This document shows positions 25,679 through 26,020 of a stretch of 26,020 nucleotides of DNA, piece after piece. The notes under the pieces are model-generated. The model had not been told where the DNA came from. It saw only the letters and a program-made list of their open reading frames with translations, and made no database searches. Numbering within the stretch: the stretch's first letter is position 1; every line of letters begins with the position of its first letter. The DNA lies in NCBI GenBank assembly GCA_964473825.1, contig CAYYQL010000036.1:1-26020 (forward strand). The letters are read 5' to 3'. Source of the DNA: an uncultured archaeon (lineage in GTDB: Archaea > Asgardarchaeota > Thorarchaeia > Thorarchaeales > Thorarchaeaceae). The translations under genes were made by a program, and so were the position numbers.

Positions 25679-26020
25679 GCTCTGTGTGAAAAGTCACCTC
25701 CCGGCATACTCCAGATAATTGGAACGATTCATATTATGCAGGATTACCTTGGGCAGTAGTTCTTGCCGTTGCTTCCGGTGCGTCCGTGACTGCAGGCTCC
25801 CACCGAATCGCACCTTCATCATGCTGAAAACGGTCTCCACAGGGCTCCTCTGTACATACTCGTGGAGTCGCCTCCACTTGTCAGGGTTTCGGTGGTACTC
25901 CAGGATCAACTCCCTGTAGCCACGGTGGCCCCGGGACCGGGGGCGTAGTCGCTCCTTAGGCTCGATCGCATGATAGACCCCACGGTCAGCGATGGACTGG
26001 ACGTTTCGTCGGGAGATGTA
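25679..26020 (-). mobile_element. Right end of an IS5-family insertion sequence
   Basis: Transposase 3' end plus candidate terminal IR GCTCTGTGTGAAAAG (25679-25693, loosely IS903-like); visibly higher GC than the flank. Confidence 0.65.
25694..26020 (-). CDS. IS5-family DDE transposase, C-terminal part (runs off the window end)
   Basis: Open from 26020: YISRRNVQSIADRGVYHAIEPK...YVQRSPVETVFSMMKVRFGGSLQSR...QELLPKVILHN; Y-x2-R-x3-E-x6-K (YREK) motif. Confidence 0.85.
   Translation of the reverse strand, partial: YISRRNVQSIADRGVYHAIEPKERLRPRSRGHRGYRELILEYHRNPDKWRRLHEYVQRSPVETVFSMMKVRFGGSLQSRTHRKQRQELLPKVILHNMNRSNYLEYAGR

Noticed and set aside
25605-25697. Upstream GTG start of the protease (580 aa)
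   Set aside because: It lies in the IS end; a clean signal peptide begins at ATG 25604.
1-26020. CRISPR array, tRNA/rRNA, and the many short overlapping or antisense ORFs in the track
   Set aside because: No regularly spaced repeats or tRNA/rRNA signatures seen by eye; the overlapping ORFs lack motifs and shadow well-supported genes.

Overview
Gene-dense archaeal-style window (BRE/TATA promoters, GGAGGTGA-type Shine-Dalgarno sites, short-leader genes, a histone-fold gene). The gene content is compatible with an Asgard archaeon such as Thorarchaeia, but that is inference only. 1-21.1 kb is mostly housekeeping and stress genes: ICMT/PEMT methyltransferase, MscL-like channel, DJ-1/PfpI, LarA-family racemase, PLP aminotransferase, TspO-like protein, anchored surface protein, TIM-barrel isomerase, endonuclease III, heterodimeric ABC exporter, flavodoxin, ArsR-type wHTH operon, short alpha3-type histone, DUF1028, two DUF3795 proteins and a YcaQ/AlkZ glycosylase. 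The ORF track misses a promoter-to-terminator operon of three SD-coupled 30-36 aa micropeptides (18.7-19.0 kb), a structured leader before the histone gene, and a 47-aa ORF upstream of the wHTH operon. 21.2-26 kb looks accessory: an etfA 3' relic, two paralogous membrane-anchored FG-GAP/VCBS beta-propeller genes (one with an in-frame TAG), a secreted CLCA-like zinc metalloprotease, and the 3' end of an IS5-family transposase. No rRNA, tRNA or CRISPR array was recognised.
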